64,000 nt of DNA from Euglena gracilis (lineage: Eukaryota), in the NCBI GenBank assembly GCA_039621445.1, contig CP154954.1:30508395-30572394 (forward strand), read 5' to 3'. A program made the position numbers and the translations under genes. Below, in pieces: positions 26,001 to 64,000 of the stretch (positions within the stretch are counted from its first letter, which is position 1; each line of letters opens with the position of its first letter). The notes beneath the pieces were generated by a model that was not told the DNA's origin, made no database searches, and saw only the letters and a list, made by a program, of their open reading frames with translations.

Positions 26001-29000
26001 TAACCGAAAATTTTCCCAGCAATTTTTTGAGGTTGGTGGGGTTCCCCCCCCCCTCTGTGTTGGGAGGGGTCCAGACCCCCCCCCCCCACTCAGGGCTTCC
26101 CGTACATCCCTGCGGGGGGGGGGGGGGGCTGGAAATCCCATCTTCACAATTTCTCCGTTGAGGTCAAGTGTGCTTTGCCACCATTCTTTTTTGCTCGCGT
26201 CTGCCCCGTGTCGCCCGCCCGCAGGCACAAGAGCGGAAGCTGGCCAAGTCGGCGGGGCTGCGGCAGCGGCTGTTTGAGTACAAGAAGGTGCTCGGCCAGG
26301 CTGGGCGGTGAGGCACACCAAACTTCCGGGAAACTGACAGCCTCGCAGCACAGTTTCAGGCATGGAAGGGCTCCAACCCAGAAAGACATTGAACAGATGG
26401 CGGGCTTTGGTCCCCCCCCCCTTGGCCTGACCCAGGCCTGTGGGGGACCAGATGAAGATGGAGCCGTCGCCGTACATCCAGGAGCTGACGAAGAAGGTCC
26501 GCCACGACAAGGACAAGGTCCTGCGCAAGGCCCGCCCCGACCTCAAGCGAAAGTGGGAGGCGACGGGTGTGCCCCCCACCCCCGGGTGAGCTTCAGGAGC
26601 GGAGGGCTGTGAACAAGAGGAGGTCCAGACCAGAGGCGCTCTCAGGCGCCAAAGCAGCTCGGAAAAAGCCCCCCCCCCCGAGATGCTGTGCAGATGCCGT
26701 TCTGACTGGGTAAGAACACCCAAAAGGGTTGTCGTTTTTAGGCCAAAATATGGATGTGAAACCCAAAAAAATATTTTTTTCGGTCATTTTTGACCCTGTT
26801 TTCAAATTTTTTTTCGGCTCTTTGCGCCGAAAATTATTCCGGGCTGGCCCGAACTTTATTTCAGTGGACCCCTGGGTGGGGGGGGTATGCAGCCCAGCTG
26901 CTGGCTGGAAAGAAAGGTGCTGGCTGGCACCCGAAAGAAAATGGCACACAGGAGGCGTGATGCTCAGGGTTTTCTTAAGGACCCCCCCCCCCCCGCGGGG
27001 GGGGGGTCCTGTGCGCGGCTGGAGAAAGGTGCTGGCTGGATTTCGTGAGGGGGTGGGGGTCCATTGGGGGGGGGGGGCGTCTGAATCCGGGGATACGTTC
27101 TTCTCCGGCTTAAGAAAACCCCTGGTGGTGCTCCACGTTGTCTCGGGGAAAATCAGGTATGCAAGTGGGGCCAACCACTCCCCCCTTGACAGTGCCTGAC
27201 TGGGTCAGCATGTGAATCTGTTACCGACATTTTAGCCAGCAAAAAGGTCCAAAATCATAATTTTGGGAGCATGCTGATTCTGGAAATATGATATTTCTCG
27301 GTGAGAAATCCAAAACCGGCAAGCATTGACGAAAATTTTGGTATCAGGTAGAATCTGGTCCAGGATGCGAAATTTTCAAGTCGAAGTTATTTCACAGCAG
27401 AAAGTGGGGGAAAAAGGCCAAGAAATTGCCAAGTGTTGTAAAAATTTGCAAAATTTGACAAGTTTTTGCAAACTTGCAACAAATAGCAAAAAAGCACCTG
27501 GTTGCCCTTGTGAAACTTTCAACGAATGGCCAGAAAAATAGCGGATATCAATTTCCCCCTGCCTTCGGTGCCGCAGTGCCTGCCTGGTACTGTCTGCTAT
27601 GTACCCTATAGTGCCCTGGGGTCGTCTCCGTGTGCAGCTAGTGTGCGAAATTTTTAAGTTCCCTCCGCCAGAAGTGCATTTAATCTAAACCACAATTTCC
27701 GCAATATTTCCGCAATTCTCCCGCAATTTCCACAATTTTGCTACATTTTTTCTGCATTTTTTTTTCCAAAGGGCTCTGGTATCAATTCACAAGGTGCCAG
27801 GTGTCCAGAAAAGGACCATTTTGGGCCTGGTTTTGGCCATATTTTGTCTGGGCCCCTGTTGACGGGTATGACAATCTGAGATTGTTGTATTTCTGTATCT
27901 GTTACAGCAGATTGAATCCATCAGTTTTTTTCTGATAGAATTCATTCCGGAACTCAGGTGTGGGACAAAACTGCCTGCTTCTTAGGCAGTCGATCTGACA
28001 TTTCTGCTTTTTTCCTGTCGTCTTGCATAATTCCGCAGAATTCCAACTTTTTTAAAAAAAACAATCATCAATTTCAATTACAGGTTTTTTATGCTGGTGA
28101 CACTCAGAGGCCCACCGTGCGTGGACCTTCGCCATTTTCCAGGGTGTTTTTTCCTCCACCTTTTGCTCCCCCCGGGTTAGAACCCCGGGTTGACCCCCAG
28201 GAAATGAGAAATTACTCAAAAATTCACCCAAATTTTTTCTGTGCTTTCTTTTAAGCCCTGCATCCTGTGGAGTTTTGTGGAGTCAGGTAAAAAGGAGTGC
28301 ATATTCCAACACAACGATCAACTGATTGTTAGAGATTTTTTTGTCTTTGTGTTTGATAGAGGAGATGAAAACCCCATGAGGTCAGCAAAATACATGAGGA
28401 TAGCCACCAGTTTTCAATTGACGTCTGTGACAGGGAAGCCACAGACACCCCATTTTGATAAATTGACCACTTCAAAACCAACCAACAGCCTTCCATGCCA
28501 GCCTGTTTGGAGCTGGAAAATGAATGTGAAATTGTATGGACAAGGAGTATGGACAATGTCTCCTGTCCTTAGAACTTGAAATCACAGACAGCATGAAAAA
28601 TAACTGCTCTTATAGCTTCGAAAATGAAGTGTATTGGTCCGCTCGCGCAACTGCGTAAATAAACCATTAACACGATTTGTTTGCATGCTTGTGCAAGCGG
28701 ACCATTCCAGAATATCCGCAACGTTCCTGGGGAGGGGTGGGACCGCTACGCCCCCCTGCGTGGAAGCGCCACCAACGTCGCCACTGACCCCCCCCCCCGT
28801 CCGCCAGACGCCCCGGCATACGTGGACGACCGGCAGCGGCAGCTGTGGCGGCGGCGGGAGGCGACGCAGACCGCGCTGCGGCAACGGCTGGTGCAGCGCC
28901 AGCTCGACGAGCAGCGGCGGCAGACGAAGGTGCAGGCGCGGAAGCAGAAGTCCCGCCCATCCCCCGCCTTGGTTGGCGGGAGAGGGCCGGCCGGAACCAC

Positions 29001-29421
29001 TGCAGTTGGCAGCTGGCCTCCAAGGTGTTTTTCCAGGTTTGGTTGTGTGCCCATCTTGCCCAAAAAAAATATTTATGAACCCCCGTCATTCATACGGTAT
29101 ACCCGATATATAGTTATGGTTACGTATAGTTACACACATACAGTTATACCCCCAGGTGTACATTATTCTGAAAAGCAAACAACACTCAATTTTATGGCCT
29201 GACAAAAGTTCAATTGCACACAACCCAGAAAATTGCCATATGGCAACCTCGATTGCCCTGTTGTTTCCCCCCCAGCCTATGAGACAACAAAGGTTGTGCC
29301 AAGCCCACCGTGGGGGATGCACCGACGCTACGGCCTGCGGACGAAGAAGGGGCAGCCGCTGATGGACGTGCGGGTGGAGGACCTGCTGACCCGCGTGCAG
29401 AAGTCGGTGGGCAAGGCGTAG
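23003..29421 (+). CDS. Fyv7/TAP26 (CCDC59)-like rRNA-processing coiled-coil protein
   Basis: Exons from ATG 23003 (end unresolved), 23493-23547, 26225-26287, 26452-26566, 28808-~28950 and ~29317-29421. The C-terminus RTKKGQPLMDVRVEDLLTRVQK* matches the Fyv7/TAP26 'TKKGQP.M...LL.KI' motif. Confidence 0.75.
24044..24351. mobile_element. Small hAT-like MITE
   Basis: CAGGC...GCCTG ends and TSD CTAGGGGG (24036-24043, 24352-24359). Confidence 0.7.
26965..27124. mobile_element. 160-bp hAT-like MITE
   Basis: CAGGGTTTTCTTAAG / CTTAAGAAAACCCCTG ends and near-perfect TSD GTGATGCT/GTGGTGCT. Confidence 0.7.
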
Positions 29422-30290
29422 CCCGGGCCCGGCAACCCTCCACCCCCTCGACCTCCCCCACTGGTCTTCGTTGGACAGTGGTTCAGCTAACCAGCACCCC
29501 TCCGAGTATCTCCACTTTACTACTGTACTGGGTGCCCCGGCGAAGCATATGCCATGCACTCCCGCTGGTTTCTAGTTTGTGACTGTTTTGCCAGCCGGCC
29601 GGCAATGAGACTTTGCTAGCGTCAGGCTTCGTTGTGATTATGATCAGGCTGAAATTTGAGGTGTGGCCGAACCCACCTGAGGGGGGTTCAGCCTCAGAGC
29701 ACTCCCCACGGGGTTGCCGCAAACTCAGCCTGTTTATGCTCTTTTCAAAAGAGAATTTTAAATATTTCGGAGCCAGACTAAAACGTGAGGGATGAAACCC
29801 AATAAGATGGATTCTGCTGCGTTGCAGTGGGAAGAAGTGGCTATCTCATCTTTGCATCAGCAACACCACGGATAACCCACTGCATTCTATGATTGCACGA
29901 TCGACTTGATTTTGCTAATTCGAAATTTATGGATAAAAACAAAAGGAAAGATCGCTGGCAGTTCGGGAGTGGCAAAAATGAGCGACAAGAAGAGCAAAAG
30001 AAGAAGAATCTGGCGATTCTGACTGATTGGAAGCCATTGGATGTCAGCCCAGAGGTCGGCATTTTGGTATTTATAGTGCAATATCCGCCAATGGTTTCTG
30101 GTCATTCCGAAAGTGTTTGAGGTGCTTCAGGAATGATCGTTTAGGTACCGATCCCCTGGGTGTGCATTTCAAGTGCCTCCGCTCTTCACTACATTGCATT
30201 GCATAATTAAATTTACTTCTTTTTTAAAGCACTTTTTCTTTGCGCCGCTAAAGTGAATCAGGCCAATGCATGTGCGGTTCTCATCCAGAG

Positions 30291-49480
<19,190 letters not shown>

Positions 49481-50125
49481 CCCTCCCCCACAGTGTACCT
49501 CTGCAGACGCCACACAGCCCACGCATGTCACCGCCACACCTGGGAACCCCTCTGTGTCCCACCCCAACTTGCATGTCACCGCTTTCTCTCTGTTCCTTGA
49601 TCCTTACCCACTGGCTCATCTGCTTGTTTTGTCCAGAGCCTCCCTGAAGGGAAACCCAATCAAGTTGTTGAATTTGGGAAGCAATCTGAATGAGGATACA
49701 TGCATCATCAGAGGGGGGGGTCAGGGTTGAGCCTAGGCAGAGCCTAGGCAGAGGGTCGACTGTCTTCTCCCCCGGGGGTGCACCAGCATTCAGTGACCAT
49801 TGGTACAGATTTGAGGTCCGGTGGCAAAACCAGATGATTTTGTCCAAAAAACAGCCAAAAATGATCAAATTCAAATTTTGTTTCATTGCAATTTGTAATC
49901 GATGGGGGCTTTTGCGGGTGTTTTTTTCTCATTCAGTCATTTTATGTTGTACCTGATTCTTGTTACGCGGTGCCGCACGCAGTGCGAAACACGCGGTGCA
50001 AGCAGTGCGGAAGTGCCCCCCCCCCCCTACAACGCCTTTTCCCCACTGTACGCCTTCTCCTCTGCAACGCCGCGCCCTTGCCAGGTTGTTGGGCCCCCAC
50101 CGGCCGGAGCTCCACCCTTACACAC

Positions 50126-51734
50126 ATGGGGGAGGACCACGGTGTGAAGCGGCCACAGGCTGAGGTGCCGTACACCCGGCGGACATTTGTTGCCGAGGAT
50201 CTGCCTGGGTTGCTCCGCACAGGGTGGCCTTCCGACCACTGTCGGTCTTTTGCATTCTGTAATTGCCCTCCCCTCTGTCCTCTTTCGGTGCCATGAGCAC
50301 GAGCATATGTATAAATGTTAAAAAAACACATTTGATGATGAATTAACCCTGCCCCAAAAAATAAGACCCCCCAAAAAATGAGACCCCCCTGGGTCAATCG
50401 AGCAAAAATCAAAAAAAATAAGATCCCCCAAAATAAGACCCCTCCTTGGGGTCTTTCGGGGGGGGGGATCAGATGAGTTGATGAGCACAAACAAGCATAT
50501 GACTTCGGATGTGGCTTCGTTCGCCGCCACAAAACGAACATTGCCAGGTCAGGGTTATTATTGTCAAGCGATTTCCCAGCACCCGGTCGTTGTCATTTGG
50601 ACCATTGGGGGGGGTATTTGTCCAGCTGTCCCCCCCCCCCCGAGGGCTCTCCCGGGCCCCCCAGCAGCCACCTCCCAACTGGGCGTCCGTCGTCGCACTC
50701 GTGCTGTCGGTGGCGGGGCTGCTGTTGCGGCACAAGCTGCTGGCCTGGACGGGGCTGCTGACGTGCGTGGCGTGCCTGGCCACCACCCGCTACTCCCGCC
50801 TGGACGTGAAGCAGCTGGTGACGCCCTGGGGCCCTCTGGGCGTGGCGGACAATGGGGGTTGTGAGGAGGCAGGTGGGATCCGTTTTCTGTCGGTGCAAAA
50901 TTACCATTTGGAGAATGGCCTCAGCGCTGAGCGGTTTTTTTTTTTTGAAACCTGCCAAATTCTGCAATGGATTTTGAAACTGCGGACAGTTTGTTTGCAG
51001 AGGGTTTTGTGGGCCTCGGTCACCAATAGATTCAAGATGAAGTACGTTTGTTTTCTAAGTACGATTTTATCGTTCACAAAATCTTAGGGATTGTGTTTTA
51101 TGACAGTTCTCCCCCCAAAAATTTGGTTCATTTTGTTGGCTATCCCCAACTCCTTCAAGCAGTAGACAAGCAGAAAACCCCCACCGAACTCGCTGCTTTG
51201 GACAATTGTAGTCGCGCAGGATGCGGCAGTGCAGGCGCGCCCACCACCCATTCACTCACTCGATCTTCACCGTCGATGGGGGCCCCAGCCGCCGTGTTTC
51301 CTCTTCTCTTTGCTTGGCCTGACAGGTCGCCGCTGGCTCTGTGAACTCCTGCCCCCTCTCCTCCCCAGGGTTGTTCGATAAAAGAAGGCTGTCTGGGCTC
51401 TGGGGGGACGGGGTGTCTGGACCCATCCTTGGGGGTACCTGGGAACTTGGTTCCAATTGAACACATTTTTAACCAAACAGCGCCCAAAGTGGCATTCCCG
51501 GTTATTTTCTGGGCAGGGTTTTTTTTCCTGGCCCGGCGCCTCGCGCCGCTGATAATCAGCCATTCCGGCCGTGCCACTGCTGGGGGGGGGGGGCACCCCC
51601 TCCCTGACCGGGGTCCAGACAGCCCCCACCCCCCACCCCCACCTGGCCATGTGTCACCCCCTCCCCCTCCCCCCCCCACCCAGCCGGGGCCTCGCGGCAC
51701 TGATGAACTACATGCCCCTCCTGTACCGCCCTGA
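50126..51734 (+). CDS. WDR83OS: PAT complex subunit Asterix (UPF0139/WDR83OS-like) small ER membrane protein
   Basis: Exons 50126-50200 (MGEDHGVKRPQAEVPYTR), 50662-50817 (PPNWASVVALVLSVAGLLLRHKLLAWTGLLTCVACLATTRYSRLDVKQL), a probable micro-exon ~51256-51275 and a last exon ending LAALMNYMPLLYRP*. The layout matches Asterix. Confidence 0.75.
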
Positions 51735-52393
51735 CCCTGCCCTCGCCGAGGGGGGTGGGCCGTGAGACGGGCTGGGCCACTGCCGACCATACTTTTAGTT
51801 AGTGTGCCACGCGAAAAAAAAAAGTGTGCTTTGTGTGCTGTAGAACGATCCCCCGCGATTTTTTGTAACCCCGTGCACTGCATTGATTCTGTTTTGTACG
51901 CGGGGTGCACCGCAGCAGCACCCAGGCTCCTTTTGGATGGTCGCATCCCTGCGGGTGGATGGGTGCTGCAGCCAGGGGTGCAGGTGGTCTCCACCCCCCC
52001 CCTCTGGAGGGTCGGGTTTTGGGGTGGACAGTATTAGAGCACACACCCCGGTGGCGCTGGAGACCCAAAAAATGACGTTTCTCAAGGCAAGATTGCCCCC
52101 CCAGTGGGAGTGTTTCTTCTGCGAGCAGGCAGCCTACAGCACAGGGCACCCACACACAAGGCACTAAAAAGAAGCCTGGAAGCATCGTTGTATTTGGCAA
52201 TGCCCTGGTGAGAGCTTCTGTAATTCAGCACCGCATACTGGGCATGCACCGCAGTGAAATTTTGGGTATTACCCACACGCGCCGCAGCTGACGGAACCTC
52301 ACAACGCATCGGCGCTCAGGGCGCACCAAGTAAACGTATGCCGCAGGCCCCTGGGACGCTGCCCGGCCGCCGGCCGCCACCTAACCCCGGCCA

Positions 52394-58571
<6,178 letters not shown>

Positions 58572-59235
58572 GCAGAAGTGGACCTCATCCCCCTGGGGGA
58601 GTCCAGCAAGCCACCTTTTTTTTCCATCCCCAGACCCCCCTTTCATCCTCCAGTTTTAATTATTTTGCAGCCGCCCTCAGAGTGGATGGCGGTCCAATTT
58701 TCGCTTTTGGTGATGCAAAAGATGGACCAAGAACGTTCTGGCCAGAGCAATTTTTGGTCAAAAATCGATTTTTGCATAATTGGCAGTTTTGGGGTATTTT
58801 TGAAGTTTTGATATTTTGGCACCAATTTGACCCCAGCTCGGGCCAAGTTTCAGCCATGGGATCCCTATGCGCGGAGGGGGTGGTCAGCCAGCAGCCTTTT
58901 TCCAACCAGCCCAAATTTTCTAATTTCTGAGCTGGACCTGTCGGAGGATTCTTAACTGGTTGACAGGTGGGCGCAGGGGGAGACAGTGGAGGGAGAGCTT
59001 TTTTGGGGGTGGCTTATTTTGCGGGGTTTTTTGCGGGTTTCTTTCCCGATGATGTTTTGCTTTCTGCTGGGAATTTGTTTGGACAAGAAAAAAATCTTCT
59101 GCTAATCTTCTGCTGCTTCTCTTCTGCTTTTTTTTGGACCTCGTTTTCCCCAGAGACCAAAATTTTCGTGGATTTATTGTCGTTTTGGATTTTTTTTGGC
59201 CAAAGAATGTGTATATTTATTGAATCAGCATCTTA

Positions 59236-59493
59236 CCCGCCCCCCCCTTGTCGTACGACCACCCCTCATTTACGACCCCCGGTCACAGGTTGCAGGTCAT
59301 GGGGGTGTTATGACCACCCCCCGGTCACATGTTGCAGGTTGCGAAAAATTTAACACCACTTTAACATACGACCGCCCCCGCATTTATGACCACCCCCTAT
59401 TCACAGGTTGCAGGTTATGGGGGTGTTACGACCATCCCCCCTGGTCACAGGTTGCAGGAACCCGGTCGTACGACAAGGGGGGGGGGGGGCGGG
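59236..59493. mobile_element. TA-flanked MITE, copy of 47488-47744
   Basis: Same GTCGTACGAC TIR core and internal GGTCACAGGTTGCAGG repeats. Confidence 0.8.
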
Positions 59494-60277
59494 TACCAAA
59501 TTTTTAGCCAAAATAATACACATAAACAAGAACCAAATTCTTGAAAATTTGCTTAATTTGCATTTTTATGCAAAAAAATTCATTTTCACTGTTTTTTTTT
59601 GTTGCTTCTGTGTTTGGTGGGGAAAATTCGAAAGATTGTCTAAAATATGCAACATGCTGCATTATTATTATCAGGTAATGTGCAGAATGAAAAAAAAATC
59701 TTCGAGGAAGTTAAAATATTTCGTCCCCTCCAGCAGAAGGTGCACATCCTGGGGGAGCTCTTGAGGGAATTTTCATGCAACTTGCGTTTTTTTTGCAATA
59801 ATTTGTGTTTATTTGTGTTTTGTGTCTGTTTTTAAACACAAAGCACATAACTGTTTTGCAAAAAAAACTCCGTCGCGTCGAGGATCCATGTTGCATTTTT
59901 TGGGGTGGAGGATTATTTTTGACTTTAAAAAAAATTATGTTTTGGCCTTTTTTGCCTTTTTTGGGATTCACTCTTTGCATTTTTTTTCACTTTTGTAATT
60001 TTTTGACCAGCAAGTTTTTAGAATCAATATTTTCCATCTGATCAAAAAACGAATCAAAATATAGTTGCATAATGAAGAAGATCCCCTGAGGAGGTGAAAA
60101 AAAATCTAGGGGGATATGGGGGAGCTGTTGAAGGCAAAATGTGTTTTTTTTTGCGTTTTGCGGTGCTTTTTCGAGGGTCCATGTTGCATTACCCTCCCCG
60201 GTGCGTGTGGGTTGGATGGATGAGTGGGTGGTGTGGGGAGTGCGTGCATGCGTCTCTGTGTGTGCGCGCGCTCTGTG

Positions 60278-60399
<122 letters not shown>

Positions 60400-60847
60400 C
60401 GTGTGTGTGTGCGTGTGTCCTGCATTTTACTGTTTTTGGCATTTCTGCAGTGTCCAGTCCGTCTGTCACTTCCTGCTGCGCTCCCCAACTGCTGGCGACC
60501 CGGGGAGCTGCTGAGCCCAACGAAACAGGAGGGTCAGCGCTCTATGGAGGGGGAAAGCCCCCTCCCCAACGCATGGGATGATGAGGGGTGAAAAAAAGTA
60601 CTGTCACAGAACAACCTGTCAGATGGTGTATTTCCATTCAAGTTGATGGCAGCACATTTTGGCAAGCATCAAAAAGCTCTGCGGCTGTTCTTTGCGCCCA
60701 AGGATGTTTAAAGCCATTTGTTCATAAGTAAAAGGAACGCACATGTCGGTCTTGTGGGGAATTGGGAGGACGGGGATTGTCTGCAGAAACAAGAGCTCCA
60801 AACCTTTCGACACAACCCTTTCCCCTGTGCCCCCATTTTCTTACCGT

Positions 60848-61153
60848 TCCGGAGGCGGCGCTCCGCCGCCGACCGGCAATCGGCCGCCGCTGCGCCACCG
60901 CCTGCGGCGGCGAAGCGGCCGTTCGCCGGGCTGCGGATGGTGGTGGAGGCGGAGGGCCGGGCGATGGGGAAGCGGCGGGCCCAGATGCTGTGCGCCGGGC
61001 CCCGGGCCCCCCCTGCAGGCAGAGCATACCGAGTGGGTGGCCGCCCTGCCCGGTGCCCGGGGCCCCCTCCAGCCTGGTCCAGAAGCACGGGGGTGTGGTG
61101 CAGGCCGCGGTGCAGGGGGACACCACCCACGTCATCACCTGCCTCAGCAAGTT
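60848..61153 (+). CDS. N-terminal BRCT-domain exons, resembling X-family DNA polymerase (lambda/mu/TdT-like); gene probably continues beyond the window
   Basis: FAGLRMVVEAEGRAMGKRRAQML (~60922-60990) followed after a short intron by LVQKHGGVVQAAVQGDTTHVIT (~61074-61140). This is the BRCT pattern F.G...-(H/N)GG-...THVI, and MGKRRAQ resembles Pol X BRCTs. Confidence 0.5.
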
Positions 61154-62443
61154 TGCCCTCCAAACGTTGTATGGACTGGACCATCTGGCCGTAGGGTGTT
61201 CTTTGCCTGGTTTTAATTTGTTCCGGGCTCTTTGTTTCGAAAAGCAATATGCCCGGTCGTTAGCCCTGTTGCCCATCGGCCTCTGGCAGACCGACTGGCT
61301 CGGCCCGGCCCAGCTGTCGGTCTGGCCTGGCCAGACGGCCTGGCCCGGCGAGGCCCGGTCTTGCACACCCCAGCCAGACATTTTGCTTGATTTTTGACAT
61401 TTTGATTGATTGATTGCTTTGACGCTTTCGCTTTATTTTATTTATATATTATTTTTGAGACATTTGGCATTACCCGATTTTTTGGCCTGAAAAGCGGCCC
61501 AAAATTGGTCTAAAAATTGCCATTTCTTGTGTCATGGGGCGTTTCTATGCCCATATGTATTTTGGGTCAAGACATTTCCTTTTATTCCCCATCATTTTCG
61601 AAAAAAAAAATTGAGAAATCGAGTTGTTTTTTTTTACCCCAAAATGGCCGAAAACAGCAGACTTGGAAGCCTGCAGCGCTGTGTTGGGGCGTAAATTGAC
61701 CATGTCTCAGGCCAGGTGAGGAGTTGCTGGGAAGTCAAGATACCGTTCGAACGGGGGTTCAAGGGCTTCAATAGACCTTAAGAATTCTTCCTTTTGACTT
61801 GATTCGTTTTCGAGATATTTTCAAGTTTGTGTGTGTGTATTATTTTGGCCTGTATTTGGGCCAAAGTGGCCAAAAAATCGCTGAAAAACTTGTCAAAAAA
61901 GGGGCTGTGGATTATGGGCTATGATTTTGATGGCCATGGAGTTACCAGGAAAGCCAGGTACGGTTAGATTGAACGTCCTTGAATTCTCTTAACGGGCCCT
62001 TTTGATGACTTGGCAACCCTGGGAAGTTGGTCCAAAATACAATTTTTTTTGTTGGCAGGTGGACCCTGTTTGACAGTACCGTTTTTTTGGACCTGGGCTC
62101 AAAAAAACTGGCGTAACTCGGACTGGACGCAGAATTAGGATTAATATAGGGTTTTTAGGGTTGCTGGGACCATATGAGATATTTACCTACAAGACAACTT
62201 CCAGAAGCCCAGAAGTCATACCGGAAACCTTGATTTGCACAGGCCTAGAGGGGGGGGGGGCTCCCCCTTTCCCCAGGAGTAAGCTTCGCTCTTCCCATCA
62301 AGGTTTAGAGCTCAACAGCCCAGGCACGACCACTTCCACAGTTTGTTTGTATTTGCACAGTTTGCTTTTTTTCCTGGCTTTGGAAAAAGGTCAAAACGAA
62401 TTTGTATAGTTTGTCTTAAGTAAAAAATTTTCGGAGTGCATCT

Positions 62444-62600
62444 GGTGGTGTCTTCATAAAATGTGCTTAAAACAGCACCACCGGAATTTAAACAGAACAG
62501 AATGCAATGGATGGTAAAAAAAATATTTTGCCATCCATTGCATTCTGTTCTGTTTTAATTCTGGTGGTGCTGTTTTAAGCACATTTTATCAGACACCACC
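62444..62600. repeat. Long inverted repeat (foldback), ~70-bp arms
   Basis: GGTGGTGTCT...AATGCAATGGATGG is mirrored by CCATCCATTGCATT...AGACACCACC with few mismatches. Confidence 0.88.
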
Positions 62601-64000
62601 TCCCAAATGGTGATCTACTCCAAAATTTTTTGTATTTAGCAAAATGAAGAAGACACATCACTAATATGTGTGCATTCTTTGAATTTAAATCAAAATTTTC
62701 GGTATTTGTGGCACAACTCATCTCGCACTTAAGCTTTTTTTTTGGTAGGTGTGTGCAGTTTCGCACATATCGAAAAGTTTGATTTGGCACCGGCATTACC
62801 AGAACTTTGAGTGGGAGGAAGCACGATTTGTCAAGATCCGAGCGAATTGAATTGTCATTTTTGGTCCTGGCACTCCCGGTAATTTGACCGATTTTGCGTG
62901 GTTGGAGGGTGTGAAACTCCCTGGAGCGAGCCCCCCAAAGTGAGAAACTGCACAAAAACCCCAGTTCACCCACCCCCCATTTCCTGCGTGACGACTGCCA
63001 ACCCCAGGTGGCGCTCTGGAGGTGGGGTGGCAGGTTCACCCCTTTGCTTGCTTTCTGAAGTTTTGCGGCACGTTGTGGAGGAAGTTCACATTCAACAGAT
63101 ACAATGAACTGCTAGAAAGAACTCTGCCCCCGGTGGTTGATTAGGGGATACAGAAGACAGGAGGACGGCCACCAGTTGTTTGTTGAGTTAGCTGGCAAGT
63201 TATCTATCAATTCCCAACAGCGAAAATGATGTCGGTGTGTGCATTTGCGCACACCGACCATTTTAAAGCCAACCAGAGCCTTCTATGCCAGCTGTTTGGA
63301 GCTGGAAAATGAATGCGATGAATTTGTGATATTACCTCTCCTGTATTCCTATGGTGCTTGACCCCCTCTTCTGAATATGGATGGTATTTGGGTGGTTGGC
63401 GTGCGCAATTGCCCACATCAACCTTTAAAATGGTTGATTTGCTCAATTACGCAAGTGGCCAAAATTTATGAATTTCGAAGCTTTGGGGACTTCTGAGACA
63501 AGAGAAGACTGGAAACAGGAAGAGAGCAGTGTGTGGAGGTGTTGTGCTCAAAGCGGTGGTGTTGTGTGGTATGTCTGAGAAAGTCAAAAAAGCGTGTCAA
63601 GGTGTTGAATTTTCTAACCCACTTAACACGAAGATTTTCAAGTATACTGACACATCCATGTTCAGCTAATGTACTGTGCCTCATTTTCGGATGAAAATAC
63701 TGGGTGAAGGGCACTTGCACTTCTAACCCCAAATTTTCAAGATATAACCTGTAAGTGCCGTTTATTTTGATGTTTCAGCAGCCAAAAATGGTTATTCACA
63801 GGCTGAATTGCCAATGCCCAAATTTGGGCCAAAAGGCTGGTCTGTTTGTTGTTTATTTCTTTATTCTGGATTTTCAAGTTGCAGTAATGCCGCACCCTTT
63901 AAATGGCACGTGTGTGAAATTGCACAAATGGTTGGTGTGCGCACGTGTGCAAACCGACCAAACAGACTGTTTGCGCATCTGCGCAAACCAACCACTTTTT

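Noticed and set aside
29893-30120. Lys-rich 75-aa ORF between Fyv7 and aepY
   Set aside because: AT-rich unlike the true exons, with no recognisable motif or splice partners.

Overview
Eukaryotic nuclear DNA, most likely a euglenid. This is inferred from the short GC-rich exons, GTGTG/GTGCG-type donors, and non-GT-AG introns with the +4 CAG / -8 CTG stem. Almost all ORF-track entries are artefacts of repeats. Six spliced genes can be pieced together by eye, all on the + strand: an SNM1/DCLRE1A-type beta-CASP nuclease (5' end outside the window), a Fyv7/TAP26-like protein, a complete 13-exon phosphonopyruvate decarboxylase with a probable mitochondrial presequence, Asterix/PAT10, a hypothetical protein, and the start of a BRCT protein resembling Pol X. 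Introns are packed with nested non-autonomous TIR elements, mostly CA(G/A/T)...(C/T/A)TG with 8-bp target-site duplications, and two carry hAT transposase relics. The main observation is a young member of one family inserted inside a conserved coding exon of the decarboxylase (47345-48959, TSD GCTGCGAG). Removing it with the euglenid nonconventional-intron geometry (3 nt before the stem plus 5 nt after = 8 nt = one TSD) restores the reading frame exactly. An older CAG/CTG nonconventional intron in the same gene has the same geometry. Together these suggest a hAT-MITE-driven intron-generating (introner) system. Splicing is inferred and not shown by transcript data.
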